In this document: positions 14,730 to 26,248 of the stretch, in pieces
How the letters are laid out: each line of letters opens with the position of its first letter
How positions within the stretch are numbered: the stretch's first letter is position 1
Assembly: GCA_951406725.2 (NCBI GenBank)
Contig: OX597816.1
Span: 146,630,001-146,694,000 of the forward strand
Length of the DNA stretch: 64,000 nucleotides
Source of the DNA: Octopus vulgaris
Lineage: Eukaryota
Reading direction: 5' to 3'
Position numbers and translations under genes: made by a program
Notes under the pieces: generated by a model
Told to the model about the DNA's origin: nothing
Databases searched by the model: none
Seen by the model: only the letters and a program-made list of their open reading frames with translations

Positions 14730-14815
<86 letters not shown>

Positions 14816-15499
14816 TGTATGTATATTTGTATGTATATGGCAAATTTGTACCGTAGTCATAGGCAGAGGAATAAAGATGAAGAGAGAGTAATAGACGATA
14901 TCTCCACATCTTCTACCACCTGATGCTTTCATTGAAAGATTTTCGACGAGGACAATAAAGCTGACCAGCTTTGAGACAGAACTTGAAATTATGTGGATAT
15001 ATTATGAAATTCGTAACCACGCAGCCACGCCTCTACATGTTGATATACGTTTGTACGAATGTGAGTGTGAGCATGCCTTTCAACATGAACAAATATACAC
15101 AGACATACGAATATGTATATATATAATCAACAAATATGAATGTATGTATGCGTGCATGTTTGTATGTATATACAAGCGCTATCACAGCTTCCAGTTCAGA
15201 TACTCATCAAGAGTTATCTCTTTTGCGACCGTATGTCTTCAGAGCAAATCAACTTTCTTATTTGTCTAACGTGAATTCATGTCGACTTCTTCACAACACG
15301 AATGCGCAGGAAGTGACAATTTATCCTGCACTAATACAGAACAATGGGCCTTTTCATCACCCATTGATAGTCAAGAGAACAGTCATTAGAGTTGTTCGAT
15401 TACATAATATCGTGAAAAAACGATTTGCTAAGATTGACTGTATTCTCTCATTTAAAAATATATGAATGTGTATTTTTCCTAACGTGTCTTTCATCACGG

Positions 15500-15563
<64 letters not shown>

Positions 15564-15616
15564 ATATCTATCTATCTATCTATCTGTTTTTTACTGTCTG
15601 TCTGTCTGTCTGTCTG
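15500..15616. repeat. (TATC)n-(TGTC)n microsatellite
   Basis: Direct reading. Confidence 0.95.
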
Positions 15617-16787
15617 TTTGCATGATTCATTGGGATCGTGTACAATGCCAGCAACTCTGCATCTGAAATATTAACCGACGCTGAAGTAAACATCCAGCCT
15701 CAAGCATGCAATCCTATGTATGTTTAGATTTTGCTTTCATTTCAATGTCTCCTCGGTGACATTGACATTCTACTTCTGGGGCCCCTCTTATTGAAGAGGT
15801 TGCATTTGTGCCACGATATGAGTTGTGATCTCAGTTTTATTATTTTTTTTTACACATGATTGTCATAGCATGTCTGATGGATTCTATTCGGATTTATATT
15901 CACGAAATCGATGCACTTTTCACATGTGTTATGAAATCTGCATAATGATGATGCATACATCTAATTACAACTACGTGTTTTTTGGTTGAAGTAGGAAATA
16001 GATACTAATACCCCAGATAATTCATAAGCTCAATTTTGCTCTCCTTTTGAATAAGTGTCTATGTTAAATTTGTGAAAATATATGTTATGATATCAAGCCT
16101 TCGTATTACTCAAATTCATTTCTTCTATTTCGAAAAAAGAAATGAATAAATACAACTTGTACTATTATATAGTATATTTAAAATTGCCCCTATTTTTGTT
16201 ACACATTTATTAATATAAGGCTTATTAGTTATCGTAGATTACAGTATTTAACCGTGCGGAAAGTATTAATTTGGGAAAATATTTTCTGCACAATTTTCAG
16301 AAAGAGTAGAGTCATAATCATCGTCATTTCAGATACAATGGTATCGTTTTGTAAGTTGATGATATGCGTTTGTAAATAATTTTCCGTAAAATATCAAGAT
16401 GAAACAGTTTCAATGCAATCAATGAATATTCTAACAACTTGGTTTGTGAAAAATACCAGACTTCCCCGAGAGAGACAATGATCAAATTTCTTCGGTTGAA
16501 GACAATGTTTCATAAAGATTTCTTTTGATCTAATAATATATATAATAGTACGTCAGGGAGATATTGACAATTCTCAGCTCACCTGAGAATAATATTGTAC
16601 AAGCAATAAATCTACTTTCTTTTGTATAATTCAAGAAACTGATTCCCGCAGGCGTTATGTCTGTTGTACATCTGCTAAAATATAGTAATTCTCTCGATGG
16701 TAAACGGTGAGTCAGGATATATTGCCAACTTCGTATGGTTAAATCATTAAAATCAAAAGTAATGGTTAGTTTCCCAATATAATATTT

Positions 16788-17092
16788 AGGCGGGTCAGTG
16801 TGTTTAGCTGGCAAATTCGTTAGTAGGGTCAATGTGGTTACCTGGCAGATTCGTTAGTACCCTGGCCAAAATGCTTACAATTCAAATTTCGCCGTAGCGG
16901 GTCAATTTGGTTAGGTGGCAGAACCGTAATACCCTGGCCAAAACGCTTACAATTCAAATTCTACCGAGGTCGACTTTGCCTTTCATACTTTCAAGGTCGA
17001 TAAAGTAAGTACCAGTCGAGCTCAGGGATCGACGTAATCAACTAAATCCATCCCATGAAATTGCTAGCCTGGTGCCAAAATTTGAAGCTAAT
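16788..17092 (+). mobile_element. MetaSINE-like SINE with tandemly duplicated 5' head
   Basis: Three TGGCA(A/G)A heads; ~72-bp repeat GGGTCAAT..CCCTGGCCAAAA.GCTTACAATTCAAATT; then GAGGTCGACTTTGCCTTTCAT. Confidence 0.8.
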
Positions 17093-18227
17093 ATTTAGAC
17101 GGCTAAACATTTCATAGTTTCTTCACTTCATTTGATACCGTTCAATATATGAATTCGAAAGTCATATTCCGATAGTCAGTTTTGAAGATACGAAGTGTAT
17201 TCATAGCTATCGAACTACTGTGAAAATGAAAGAAAATTGATAATACTATTTAACAATTAAAAAGGAAATCTCGAACAAAATGTGTGTTACACAAGACCTT
17301 ACACTTATGTCGAAGAGAAATTACACTTTAGAGGCAAATTACCAAATTACTATACAAGAAGTACATAAAATAGCAAACAAAAAATTCTAATAGAGACTTT
17401 CTAAAATTCCCATACTGTAATTTATATTTTGTGGTGATTTGTTTTTAAAACTTTTAGCCATTAGTCCTTGAAAATTAAATATATTAATTTCTGGCATTAA
17501 CACAAGGCGACACTCGTTTGTTAGGAGCATGGTTGCGGTGAGTGAACGGTCGATTAAAATCCGCTTATCTATCGATTCTGCCAAACTACTAAATAATAAT
17601 CTAAAAACATATCAAATGATATTAATAATAATGTAAACCACTGGGAATAAATTGTAACACAGCAAGAGAGTGTGGTAATGCAAAGATCTGCATAATTTTC
17701 AAAACAATATCATTTGATTATCAATTATTATTGCTGTAGGTTTTTATGTTACTACTTTTATCACTTGCACTGACTGATACAACCTCAAAAGATTCACGGC
17801 ACATCTAATATATGGTTCTGCGCCTCCTCCTACTCCTACAACTTTTTTCTTCTTAATCATCTTCTTTTTATCCTCACCTTTTTCCTTTTCCTTTTTCGTC
17901 CCTACCCGTTGTTTGTCCCACTGTCAAGAGGAGTGTGAAATTAGTGTGAAGAGACTGACAAGCACAAAGATATGTTTAAATATTCGACAATGTAACTCAT
18001 GAATATGTAAAAGCTAGAAGTATTCTAGCCAAATAATCTACGTGTATTTATGAATGCATAATTTACCAGTCATATCCCATTGTGATAATGTAGGATATTA
18101 AAATGTTTCCGAGGGACAAAGTATAAATTTTATGTTCTGAAATTAAGAAATATGTATTGCGTACACAAACACACATACACATGTTCGTATGCATGCGCAT
18201 ATATACATAAATATACCCGCATATATG

Positions 18228-18286
<59 letters not shown>

Positions 18287-18996
18287 AGAGAGGTGAACAG
18301 AGAGAAACAGACTTATATCTACATAAGCATATATAAATGCATCCCAGTATGTATGTAGTTTTCTAGTCATAGAAGTATACTTCTTCAAACGGATAATGTG
18401 TCTGCATATGAATACAATACTCGGCGCCATTAAAGTTAGAGTGTTTTAGTTAGTATTACAAAGATTACTGACAACTTGGAAAGTCTTTCTTGTAAAGAAG
18501 AGTATAGCAGTGTCCAGAATCATCAGAAATGGTGATATAATTAAGATATACTATTGAGAAATATCCTTTGAGAGATTTGTATGTGTATTCAAGTATCTGT
18601 TTTCATAAAAATCTGTGATGGGAAACATCCTGTTGAGAGGAGAAAGTCATTTAATGAATAAAAGGATACTGTTTTTCTCCAACAATTTTTCATTTTGCAA
18701 TATAAAACTGCAGCAATATCTTAGCCATATCCAATATTCGTAAACACAAACTCAACAAATTCACTTTCTATTACAAGTGGGTTCTTTTTTAAATAACACA
18801 TTTGTCACATTATGCCAGTTAGTCACGCACATATATATTCTTCACATCAAATACATTCAAATACGATCATACCCCGATTCAAACAGTACATATATATATA
18901 TATTCATATATATATATATATATTAAAACAGCATAAAGACAAGAACTCTTCTATCTCTGTCAGTCTTCCGCTTTTTCACTCGCATTCGCCTTCTCA

Positions 18997-18998
<2 letters not shown>

Positions 18999-19068
<70 letters not shown>
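18999..19068. repeat. (CT)n microsatellite
   Basis: Direct reading. Confidence 0.95.
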
Positions 19069-19072
<4 letters not shown>

Positions 19073-19253
19073 CAATTCTTTGAAAAATAAATATATCACT
19101 TCAAATTGATATTAAGTTCGTATTGAATCCTACGCTACCACTAAAATTTATTTCCACTTGCGCAATACAGAGTTTCGATATCGCATTCGTCCGATCACCG
19201 TAAAGAGAAAAGATTTGCTCATGCCAAAAAAAATTATACAAACATGTATGAAC

Positions 19254-19291
<38 letters not shown>

Positions 19292-19901
19292 TTATACATA
19301 TATTTATATATGTGTGTCTGTATATATACATACATCTATATTTATATATATAAGTGTATATATATGCATATATATGTATGTGTGTGTATCTGCATGTGTG
19401 TATCAATTATAAATGTATTTATATTACGTTTCATGACGTAAATTCATAGGTACATGTAATTACGACTGAAGTTGACTTACTGCCTAAATTCCGACTTGAA
19501 GTGCAACTGAAAATGCATTGATGTCATACCTGCCTAATAAAAATTTGACAAAGGCAGCATTTCAGTCGAGTATGAACATGCAAACGACTGCAATCATGTC
19601 ACATTGTGACATTTACATATTTACATATTAATACAACTTGAAGTTAGAAATGAATGTTTAAGATCACGATAAATCAATAAAAGATTGGTTAAGGAATGTT
19701 TATATTGGAGAATACCAGCAAATCTTTCAATCATTGTGAATATTCTTCAATCGATTTTCTATTGATCTCTTGGTATCTAAATTCCTCTAATATTCATCCC
19801 CACGCACATATTATATCAGTGCATAAATGTATACATATATTATATTCGGACCTGAGAGCATGAGTTTCCCTCTTTGTGCCCAAATAAAATTTATACAGAC
19901 A

Positions 19902-19904
<3 letters not shown>

Positions 19905-19967
<63 letters not shown>

Positions 19968-19984
19968 TATATAGATAGATAGAG

Positions 19985-20037
<53 letters not shown>

Positions 20038-20040
20038 TAT
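19905..20040. repeat. (TA)n-(GATA)n microsatellite
   Basis: Direct reading. Confidence 0.95.
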
Positions 20041-20045
20041 GATAA

Positions 20046-20512
20046 TATGAGGCATCAGATATGCACAAGCGAGAAAACTGCACTGGTATGGTCATGTGAT
20101 ATGTATAGATGAGGACAACTGCATTCAGTACTGCTGATATGTAATTGTGGAGGTAACATGTGGATGGGGTAGACATAGTAAGACATGGGAGGAAGTGGTG
20201 AGAAATGATCTTCAGATGCTGGACCGCTCAAAAGGGCCCGCAAGGGACTGAGGTTTCTAGTGGCCTGCTGTGCTTGAGAAGACACGTCAAGCAAAGTAAA
20301 GTTGTGGTTGTCCTTGCATACAGGCATGTTTCCTACACCCTTCTTTCGCTAAGTGATTCTAATCCTGCAGGCTCATGGGTGCTGCATCCACATTAAAAGC
20401 ACCCATGCTGGTGCTGTGTAAAATTACCCAGTACACTCTGTATAATGGTTGGTATTAGGAAGGGAATCAAGCCATAGCAACCAAGTCCAGTCAGCCCTTC
20501 GCTAGCCACCAC
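20046..20512 (+). mobile_element. Decayed 3' end of an RTE-clade LINE
   Basis: Translates to RKLHWYGHVICIDED...VEVTCGWGRHSKTWEEVVRNDL, matching the RTE C-terminal LRWxGHV...GRPxKTW pattern, followed by 3' UTR. Confidence 0.8.
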
Positions 20513-20514
20513 AC

Positions 20515-20680
20515 ATTCTATATTTTCTCTCCTTGTTTCTTTCTGTGCTCCTTTCTGTGGAAGAGCGTAGGCTCGAAACGTTAAAGACTTTTCCCTTCCC
20601 AAGCGTTATACTAATACATATGTTTCCTCTCTACACCACCTGTCTTCGTCTTTTGTTGTTTTTACTTTGTGAATTCTCCC

Positions 20681-20683
<3 letters not shown>
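20515..20683 (+). mobile_element. Penelope-like end fragment ending in (TA)n, with variant hammerhead motif at 20551-20586
   Basis: CTTT-CTGTGGA-a-GAGC gtag GCTC-GAAACGTTA-AAG; runs directly into (TA)n. Confidence 0.55.
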
Positions 20684-20733
<50 letters not shown>

Positions 20734-20822
20734 ATTGATTTTGATTTTGATTTTTCCAGTTTCAGCTAATGAGCTGTGGCCATGCTGGGGCACCGCCATT
20801 TGGTTTGCTACACGGTTTTACC

Positions 20823-23800
20823 TCACGGATGCTTTTTAGCAAACGCCATCTGATGCATGAGAGAGTTCGATGCAGCTGCCCTCATCTGCACCTCCTGCCG
20901 TGAAGTTGGTTCATCCGGGACACCTGACAGGAAGAGATCCAGTCCTACTTTAAAGACATCCGCATCTACACCATGCAGGTCCCTCAGGTTCTTCGGGAGG
21001 ATATTGAAGAGCCGTGGGCCTCTGAAGCCCAGGCTATCACAATATCTTGTCCTACATCTTGATGGCAAATTTGGAGTCCTTGGTACTACGCAGTGGAGTC
21101 CAGTTCTGGCATTTGTGTGACTCTCGATGCCAAAGTCTGGGACAAGACCTTCCAGGATCTTCCAGATATATATTATGGCATATCTTTCTCGTCTACGCTC
21201 CAGGGAATAGAGCTTTAATCTCTTGATTCTCTCCCAGTAGCTCATATGCTGCATAGAGGCTATCTTCTTCGTGTAGCTTCGTTGGATCGCCTCAAGTTCT
21301 GTGATCAACTTGACACTGGATGGTGACCATAGCTGAGAGCAATAGTCAAAGTGGCTTAGGACAAGTGTCTTCCAGAGGACCATCATGGTTTCTTGTTCTC
21401 TTGTTCTAAAGGTTCTAAGAATCCAGCCAGCCAGCCGTCTACATTTCATTGTCAGTTTAGCAACATGTACATGAAAGGTCGCGTCATCACTCATGTGAAT
21501 AACCAGGTCACGCACAGATTGTGCCTCTGGGATTGCAATCCCTCCGGGTCCAGTGTATTCATTGGGTATTGCATTCAGTTTTGCATGCTGATAGTATAAA
21601 GCTTGAAACTTTTCAGCATTGAACTGCATGCTATTCTTTTCAGCCCACTTGTATATTTCGTCCAGCTCACATTGCAGGTGCTTAGTGTCCTCAGGGTTCT
21701 GTATTGCCTGTGAAACTTTTGTATCATCTGCATAACTTGTGATCGTGGCTCTCTGCGTGGCTGAGGGCATGTCTGAGAGGGCCATTATGAACAGTAGTGG
21801 TCCCAAAACAGTGCCCTGCGGAACACCGCTCACTATTTGCGTGCTAATGGAAGTGGCCCCATTGGCTGCTACCACCTGACTTCTATTCTTCAGAAAGTCA
21901 TGGAGCCATTCTCCTAGTTTTCCAACTATGCCAAGATCACGCAGTTTGTGACATATCATTCCATGATCGACTTTATCGAAGGCCTTTGGGAAGTCGAGAT
22001 ATATGACTTCCACATTTGAGTGGTTGAGCAGTTGTTTCAGCACCCAGTCATAGTGCTGCAGGAGCTGAGTTAAGCAGCTTCTTCCTGGTCGGAAACCATG
22101 TTGGGTGTCAGGCAGCAAGTCATTTTCTTCAAGGAAGGTGATTAGTTTCCTTCTGACTATTCGTTCCATGACCTTGCTGATGTGTGAGGTCAGAGAGATA
22201 GGTCTGTAGTTCTTGGCCTCCGCTCTGCTACCTCCTTTATGAATAGGGCATATTTTACCTTCCTTCAGTTTTCTTGGAAGTTTGCCAGCTGCAAGGAAGC
22301 TCTGAAAGAGGAACTGCAGTGGTCTTGCTAGGACTCTCTTACATACTTTTAGGAGGATTGCCGGGAATCCATCGGGGCCAATAGCTGAGTCTGTTTTCAT
22401 TTCATCTATAGCCTTTATTACATCGTCTTCCTTTATATCGATGTAATTTATCGTCGCCGCCTCTGATTCTATATCTGCAGTGGTAAAGAAGTCAGTTGGA
22501 TTGCTGATTTGGAAATGCCCAAGGGGTGGAGTGAAAACACTCTTGAATTGTTCATTCAGTATTTCACTTACTCTCATTGGTTTTCCTGTGAGTGTGCCAT
22601 CCTTTTCAAGGAGTGGCCCTATCCTACAGTGCACCGTAGCTGTTTCTTTGGCATACCTGTAGAAAGCTCTGGGGTTAGTTTTTATGTTGTCTATAGCCCA
22701 GGCTTCTTTGTCTGCTCTTTCCTTCTCATGGGAGAGTTGCAGACAATTTTCAATTTCCAACAGTTTTATTTTCAGGCGGGACTTTTCACTGCTTTCAATT
22801 TGTTTGTTTAGGCGATTTGAAATTTTTGTACGCCGTCTCATTAAAATTTTCCTCTCTCTGGGGATTTTGTTCTTGTGTACAGTGGACTTTCTCTCTGGGA
22901 CACATTTGTAGCATATGGCTTGCATTACAGACATGAATTGTTGAAGTATCATGTCGATGTCCGGCGAGGAGAGACATCCAGGCCAGTTTTGTTTGAGGAT
23001 CTCTTTCTCAGTTTGTTTCCAGTTTGCCTTATTGAAGTTCAAGCTGGAAAGATTCTGAGGGTTTCTTGTAGGCTGCATGTCCGTGCTCTCTTTTGGCCCG
23101 TACATGGTCAGCTCTACCATGTTGTGATCCGAGAGTAGTGTCGGTGTCACTTTCACATTATGGATGAGATCCATATTATTTGTGAAGCAGAGATCCAGTG
23201 TGTTACCTGCTCTGGTTGGTTGGAGTATTACTTGCTCCATGTACAGGGTGTTGATGATGTTCAGGAGGGACCTCGCCTGTCCTCGTTCACATCTTGTCAT
23301 TCCTGGGAGAGAAAGGCCCTCGGGCCATCTGACATTCGGTAGATTGAAGTCTCCCATGAGAAGTACACTTATGTGTTGTTCTAATGTGATTAGAACTTCT
23401 TCTATTTTTAAAAGGCAGTCCTCAAACTTGCCCATATGACTTGGGGCATCTGGAGGGCGATATGTAGCACACACAACTACATCAAGTTGCCTTATGTGTA
23501 CAATGAGTGTGTCACACACCGAGTTTGCGTATGACAAAAGGACCTGGGGTGTGAGGTCCCCACGGATGTACATAGCAACTCCTCCATGACTCCTTTCTTT
23601 CCTGTCGGTCCGTAGTACAACATACTGTGGTATGTGTAATTCCGCATCTGCTATGTCCGGTTTCATATGCGTTTCTGTGAGTGCTATGCATAAGGCTTGA
23701 TTGCATGCGACAAAGTCTCTCAGGAACGGGACTTTTGTCCTCTTACTGTGTGTTAGTAGTCCTCTGATGTTCAGTAGGAGCATCGAGGTGAGGTGTATGC

Positions 23801-24122
23801 TGTTGCCGGCGGTGTCCACCCTGGGACCATCTGCTGTGGCGGTCTTGTGAACTGTGGGCAGTTCCATCTGCGAGCCTGAGCCTGATGGAGCCAGGTTAGC
23901 TGCTGTACAATCTTTTGTGCCATGCACAAAAAGATTCCTGCTCAGCAGCTGCCCTTTCAACAACACGTTGGTGGTTTGTGGTACGCACCACATCTGCGTA
24001 CCTCCGTTTTGGGGCAGGTGATGCGTGGTCCATCCCATTTCCTTTCGGTGGTTGGTTTCTGTGGCAGGGTCCCGGATGTGCAAAGCGGCAGCCTGCACCT
24101 TCCTCTCCATGCCGGCAGGCAC
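20823..24122 (-). CDS. LINE ORF2: APE-type endonuclease + reverse transcriptase (open frame 1099 aa; real start may be ATG at 23867 or 23783)
   Basis: EN motifs LLLNIRGL, ALTETH, GGVAMYI, TYRPP, MGDFN, TLDLCF, SDH; RT motifs GPDG, NYRPISL, QHGFR, LDFxKAFD, GVPQGTVLGPLLF, YADD; C-terminal YSLERRRER typical of the CR1/L2 group. Confidence 0.95.
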   Translation of the reverse strand: MPAGMERKVQAAALHIRDPATETNHRKEMGWTTHHLPQNGGTQMWCVPQTTNVLLKGQLLSRNLFVHGTKDCTAANLAPSGSGSQMELPTVHKTATADGPRVDTAGNSIHLTSMLLLNIRGLLTHSKRTKVPFLRDFVACNQALCIALTETHMKPDIADAELHIPQYVVLRTDRKERSHGGVAMYIRGDLTPQVLLSYANSVCDTLIVHIRQLDVVVCATYRPPDAPSHMGKFEDCLLKIEEVLITLEQHISVLLMGDFNLPNVRWPEGLSLPGMTRCERGQARSLLNIINTLYMEQVILQPTRAGNTLDLCFTNNMDLIHNVKVTPTLLSDHNMVELTMYGPKESTDMQPTRNPQNLSSLNFNKANWKQTEKEILKQNWPGCLSSPDIDMILQQFMSVMQAICYKCVPERKSTVHKNKIPRERKILMRRRTKISNRLNKQIESSEKSRLKIKLLEIENCLQLSHEKERADKEAWAIDNIKTNPRAFYRYAKETATVHCRIGPLLEKDGTLTGKPMRVSEILNEQFKSVFTPPLGHFQISNPTDFFTTADIESEAATINYIDIKEDDVIKAIDEMKTDSAIGPDGFPAILLKVCKRVLARPLQFLFQSFLAAGKLPRKLKEGKICPIHKGGSRAEAKNYRPISLTSHISKVMERIVRRKLITFLEENDLLPDTQHGFRPGRSCLTQLLQHYDWVLKQLLNHSNVEVIYLDFPKAFDKVDHGMICHKLRDLGIVGKLGEWLHDFLKNRSQVVAANGATSISTQIVSGVPQGTVLGPLLFIMALSDMPSATQRATITSYADDTKVSQAIQNPEDTKHLQCELDEIYKWAEKNSMQFNAEKFQALYYQHAKLNAIPNEYTGPGGIAIPEAQSVRDLVIHMSDDATFHVHVAKLTMKCRRLAGWILRTFRTREQETMMVLWKTLVLSHFDYCSQLWSPSSVKLITELEAIQRSYTKKIASMQHMSYWERIKRLKLYSLERRRERYAIIYIWKILEGLVPDFGIESHTNARTGLHCVVPRTPNLPSRCRTRYCDSLGFRGPRLFNILPKNLRDLHGVDADVFKVGLDLFLSGVPDEPTSRQEVQMRAAASNSLMHQMAFAKKHP

Positions 24123-24660
24123 CTTTCAGGTAGAACCTACATACCCATGTGCGCTGCTTGTTTCCATCCTTTTTGGCATATGGATAGTTAGGTTTGCCTC
24201 TATCCCTGGCTGCCTTGCCCCTTGGCTTTGTCTGAGTTTTAGCTTCAGTTTTTCTTCCTTTTTTGGTTTTTTCATCTCCATGTCCATGGCTTTTGGTGCT
24301 GGTAGGAGCATCCGCACCTGGGTTCATCTCCCGGGCAGGCCTCTCACTGGAGTTTTTTTCCTGGGCGTCTACCAGGTGGGGGTGACCCTCCTCATCAGCG
24401 CCCGCGTCTCTATCCTTGCCATCTTTACTTTGTTCGCGTTTTTCGCTGTCAAAAATGGCATCCAGCGTGTTAATGTGCGATCTGACAAGTACGTAGGAGC
24501 GTATAAATTCTTGCTTCTTCCGCTCTATTTGAGCTGACGTCCTTTTGTATCCGTTGTTCTTCAGCGCAGCCGTAATTATATTATTTGGATTTTCTCCGTC
24601 AGCGCATTGCCATCCTCGCAGGAACCACGCCAGTTCGTCACGTTTCCAGGTTCTGGACAT
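23896..24660 (-). CDS. LINE ORF1, 254 aa: putative Myb/SANT-like N-terminus, basic linker, CCCH zinc finger
   Basis: Directly upstream of ORF2 on the same strand; CRFYLKGACRHGEEGAGCRFAH (C-x7-C-x8-C-x3-H); N-terminal WKRDE...ITAALKNNGYKRTSAQIERK...Y pattern. Confidence 0.8.
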   Translation of the reverse strand: MSRTWKRDELAWFLRGWQCADGENPNNIITAALKNNGYKRTSAQIERKKQEFIRSYVLVRSHINTLDAIFDSEKREQSKDGKDRDAGADEEGHPHLVDAQEKNSSERPAREMNPGADAPTSTKSHGHGDEKTKKGRKTEAKTQTKPRGKAARDRGKPNYPYAKKDGNKQRTWVCRFYLKGACRHGEEGAGCRFAHPGPCHRNQPPKGNGMDHASPAPKRRYADVVRTTNHQRVVERAAAEQESFCAWHKRLYSS

Positions 24661-24887
24661 TCTTGATATTTTATCTATCTATCTATCTATCTAATTATAT
24701 TATATTAATATATATTAATCTAATAGTGCAATAGGGGGTAGGGAGGAAGTAGAGAAAGAGAGCGTCTATGTACTTAAGGAGAAATTGGGAGCCGAGAGTA
24801 AGAGAGAAGAGGAAGAGGAGAGACTGAGAGCTGAAGGAAGAGAGAGAAAGCGTCTCTGTCCTTATATGTATCCGAGAGAGGAGAGTA

Positions 24888-25103
24888 AGATAGAAGAGAG
24901 TAATGGAGAGACAAGGAGAAGCGGGAGAGAAACCGAAGAGATAGAAGAGAGTAATGGAGAGACAAGGAGAAGCGGGAGAGAAACTGAAGAGATAGGGAGA
25001 GAAGGAAGAAATATAGAGAGAATTTATATATTTGAAAGAGGGGAGTAAGATAGAATGAGAGTTATGAAGAGACAAGGAGAAGCGTGAGGGAGAGAACTGA
25101 AGA
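24888..25103. repeat. 51-bp tandem monomers in the LINE 5' UTR (2 near-identical copies plus 1 diverged)
   Basis: AGATAGAAGAGAGTAATGGAGAGACAAGGAGAAGCGGGAGAGAAA(C/T)GAAG-type unit at 24888 and 24939, diverged copy from 25048. Confidence 0.9.
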
Positions 25104-25370
25104 GACAGACAGAGAGGGAGAATTCTAAACGAAGCTATTTGTACACACACATACACGCGTATACCTACATACATATACACATGTGTGCACATGCACATAT
25201 ATAAACAGTAGTACCAAGTGAGTATATAAAGAAACAATAATAATAATAATAATGAAATAGCTGAAAGAAAACAATCCAAGAGATTTTACAGAATTTAAGC
25301 AGAGAAAAAGAGAAAAGAAAATATATATTTGTCCGTCGCTACAGACAATGTCTTCTAAAATAAAAACTAA

Positions 25371-25557
25371 TTGCGACTATACTTCTAACACACACATATA
25401 CATACACACAGACATACGGGAATTAACGGTAAAACAAGAAATTACGGAGACATAAAACAATAATTCGATACACACATACATATACATACAGATATATACA
25501 CGCATGTGACAAATAATATTTGCGACTATACTTCTAACACACACATATACATACACA
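25371..25557. repeat. 38-bp exact direct repeat 149 bp apart
   Basis: TTGCGACTATACTTCTAACACACACATATACATACACA at 25371 and 25520. Confidence 0.88.
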
Positions 25558-26173
25558 TAGATATATTATTATTTTCTGTTTGAAAGAACACTAATGATAA
25601 CAAAATAAATAATATCTTCCTTACCTTACCGGCTGAGAGAATACTTACGTGATTCTTTTTTATGAGAAAGGAAGATGGATAGACAAGACAGACCTTTTAT
25701 ATTCCTTAAGCGTATTTTATAAACAAAAGGGATTTGAGTTTCGATTTAGCACATGCAACAGTTTGAGGATACTTTCTGTATTTTCCTAAGCGATTTGGTA
25801 TTAAGCAGCAAATTTTTCAGAGGTTCTTTTCAGAACACGCAGATATACATCAAAAACGAAAATATCCTGTGTCTTGTTGATTCACAGACGAAGAATAAAA
25901 TTCACTTCGATTTCGGGAAGTAACACACGTGCGTTTTAACATGTGTATTCGCGAGTATGTTCTAGTTGCAAAATACTATATCAAAAGCGAAAATATTCTT
26001 CTCAAATACAGTGACTTGTTGTACTTTCACTTATATTCGCTTTGCAGACAATTTCGCTTCTGATAACATCGATCTCTGGAAGGACTTCTTTAATATTTAG
26101 GAGAGACACGTTAACACACTTGTTGTTAGTTCAGTGCCATCTTGATATATCTTGATATATGTGTGTGTGTATG

Positions 26174-26242
<69 letters not shown>

Positions 26243-26248
<6 letters not shown>

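Larger units (their letters stand above)
20733..25130 (-). mobile_element. Apparently full-length CR1/L2-group non-LTR retrotransposon (5' UTR, ORF1, ORF2, 3' stem-loop, short (TCAAAA)n tail); 5' boundary approximate
   Basis: Two long ORFs with LINE domains; 3' end GGCGGTGCCCCAGCATGGCCACAGCTCATTAGCTGAAAC followed by TCAAAA repeats abutting a (TA)n tract. Confidence 0.92.

Noticed and set aside
20857-24537. Plus-strand ORFs opposite the LINE
   Set aside because: Antisense shadows of ORF1/ORF2 with no recognisable domains
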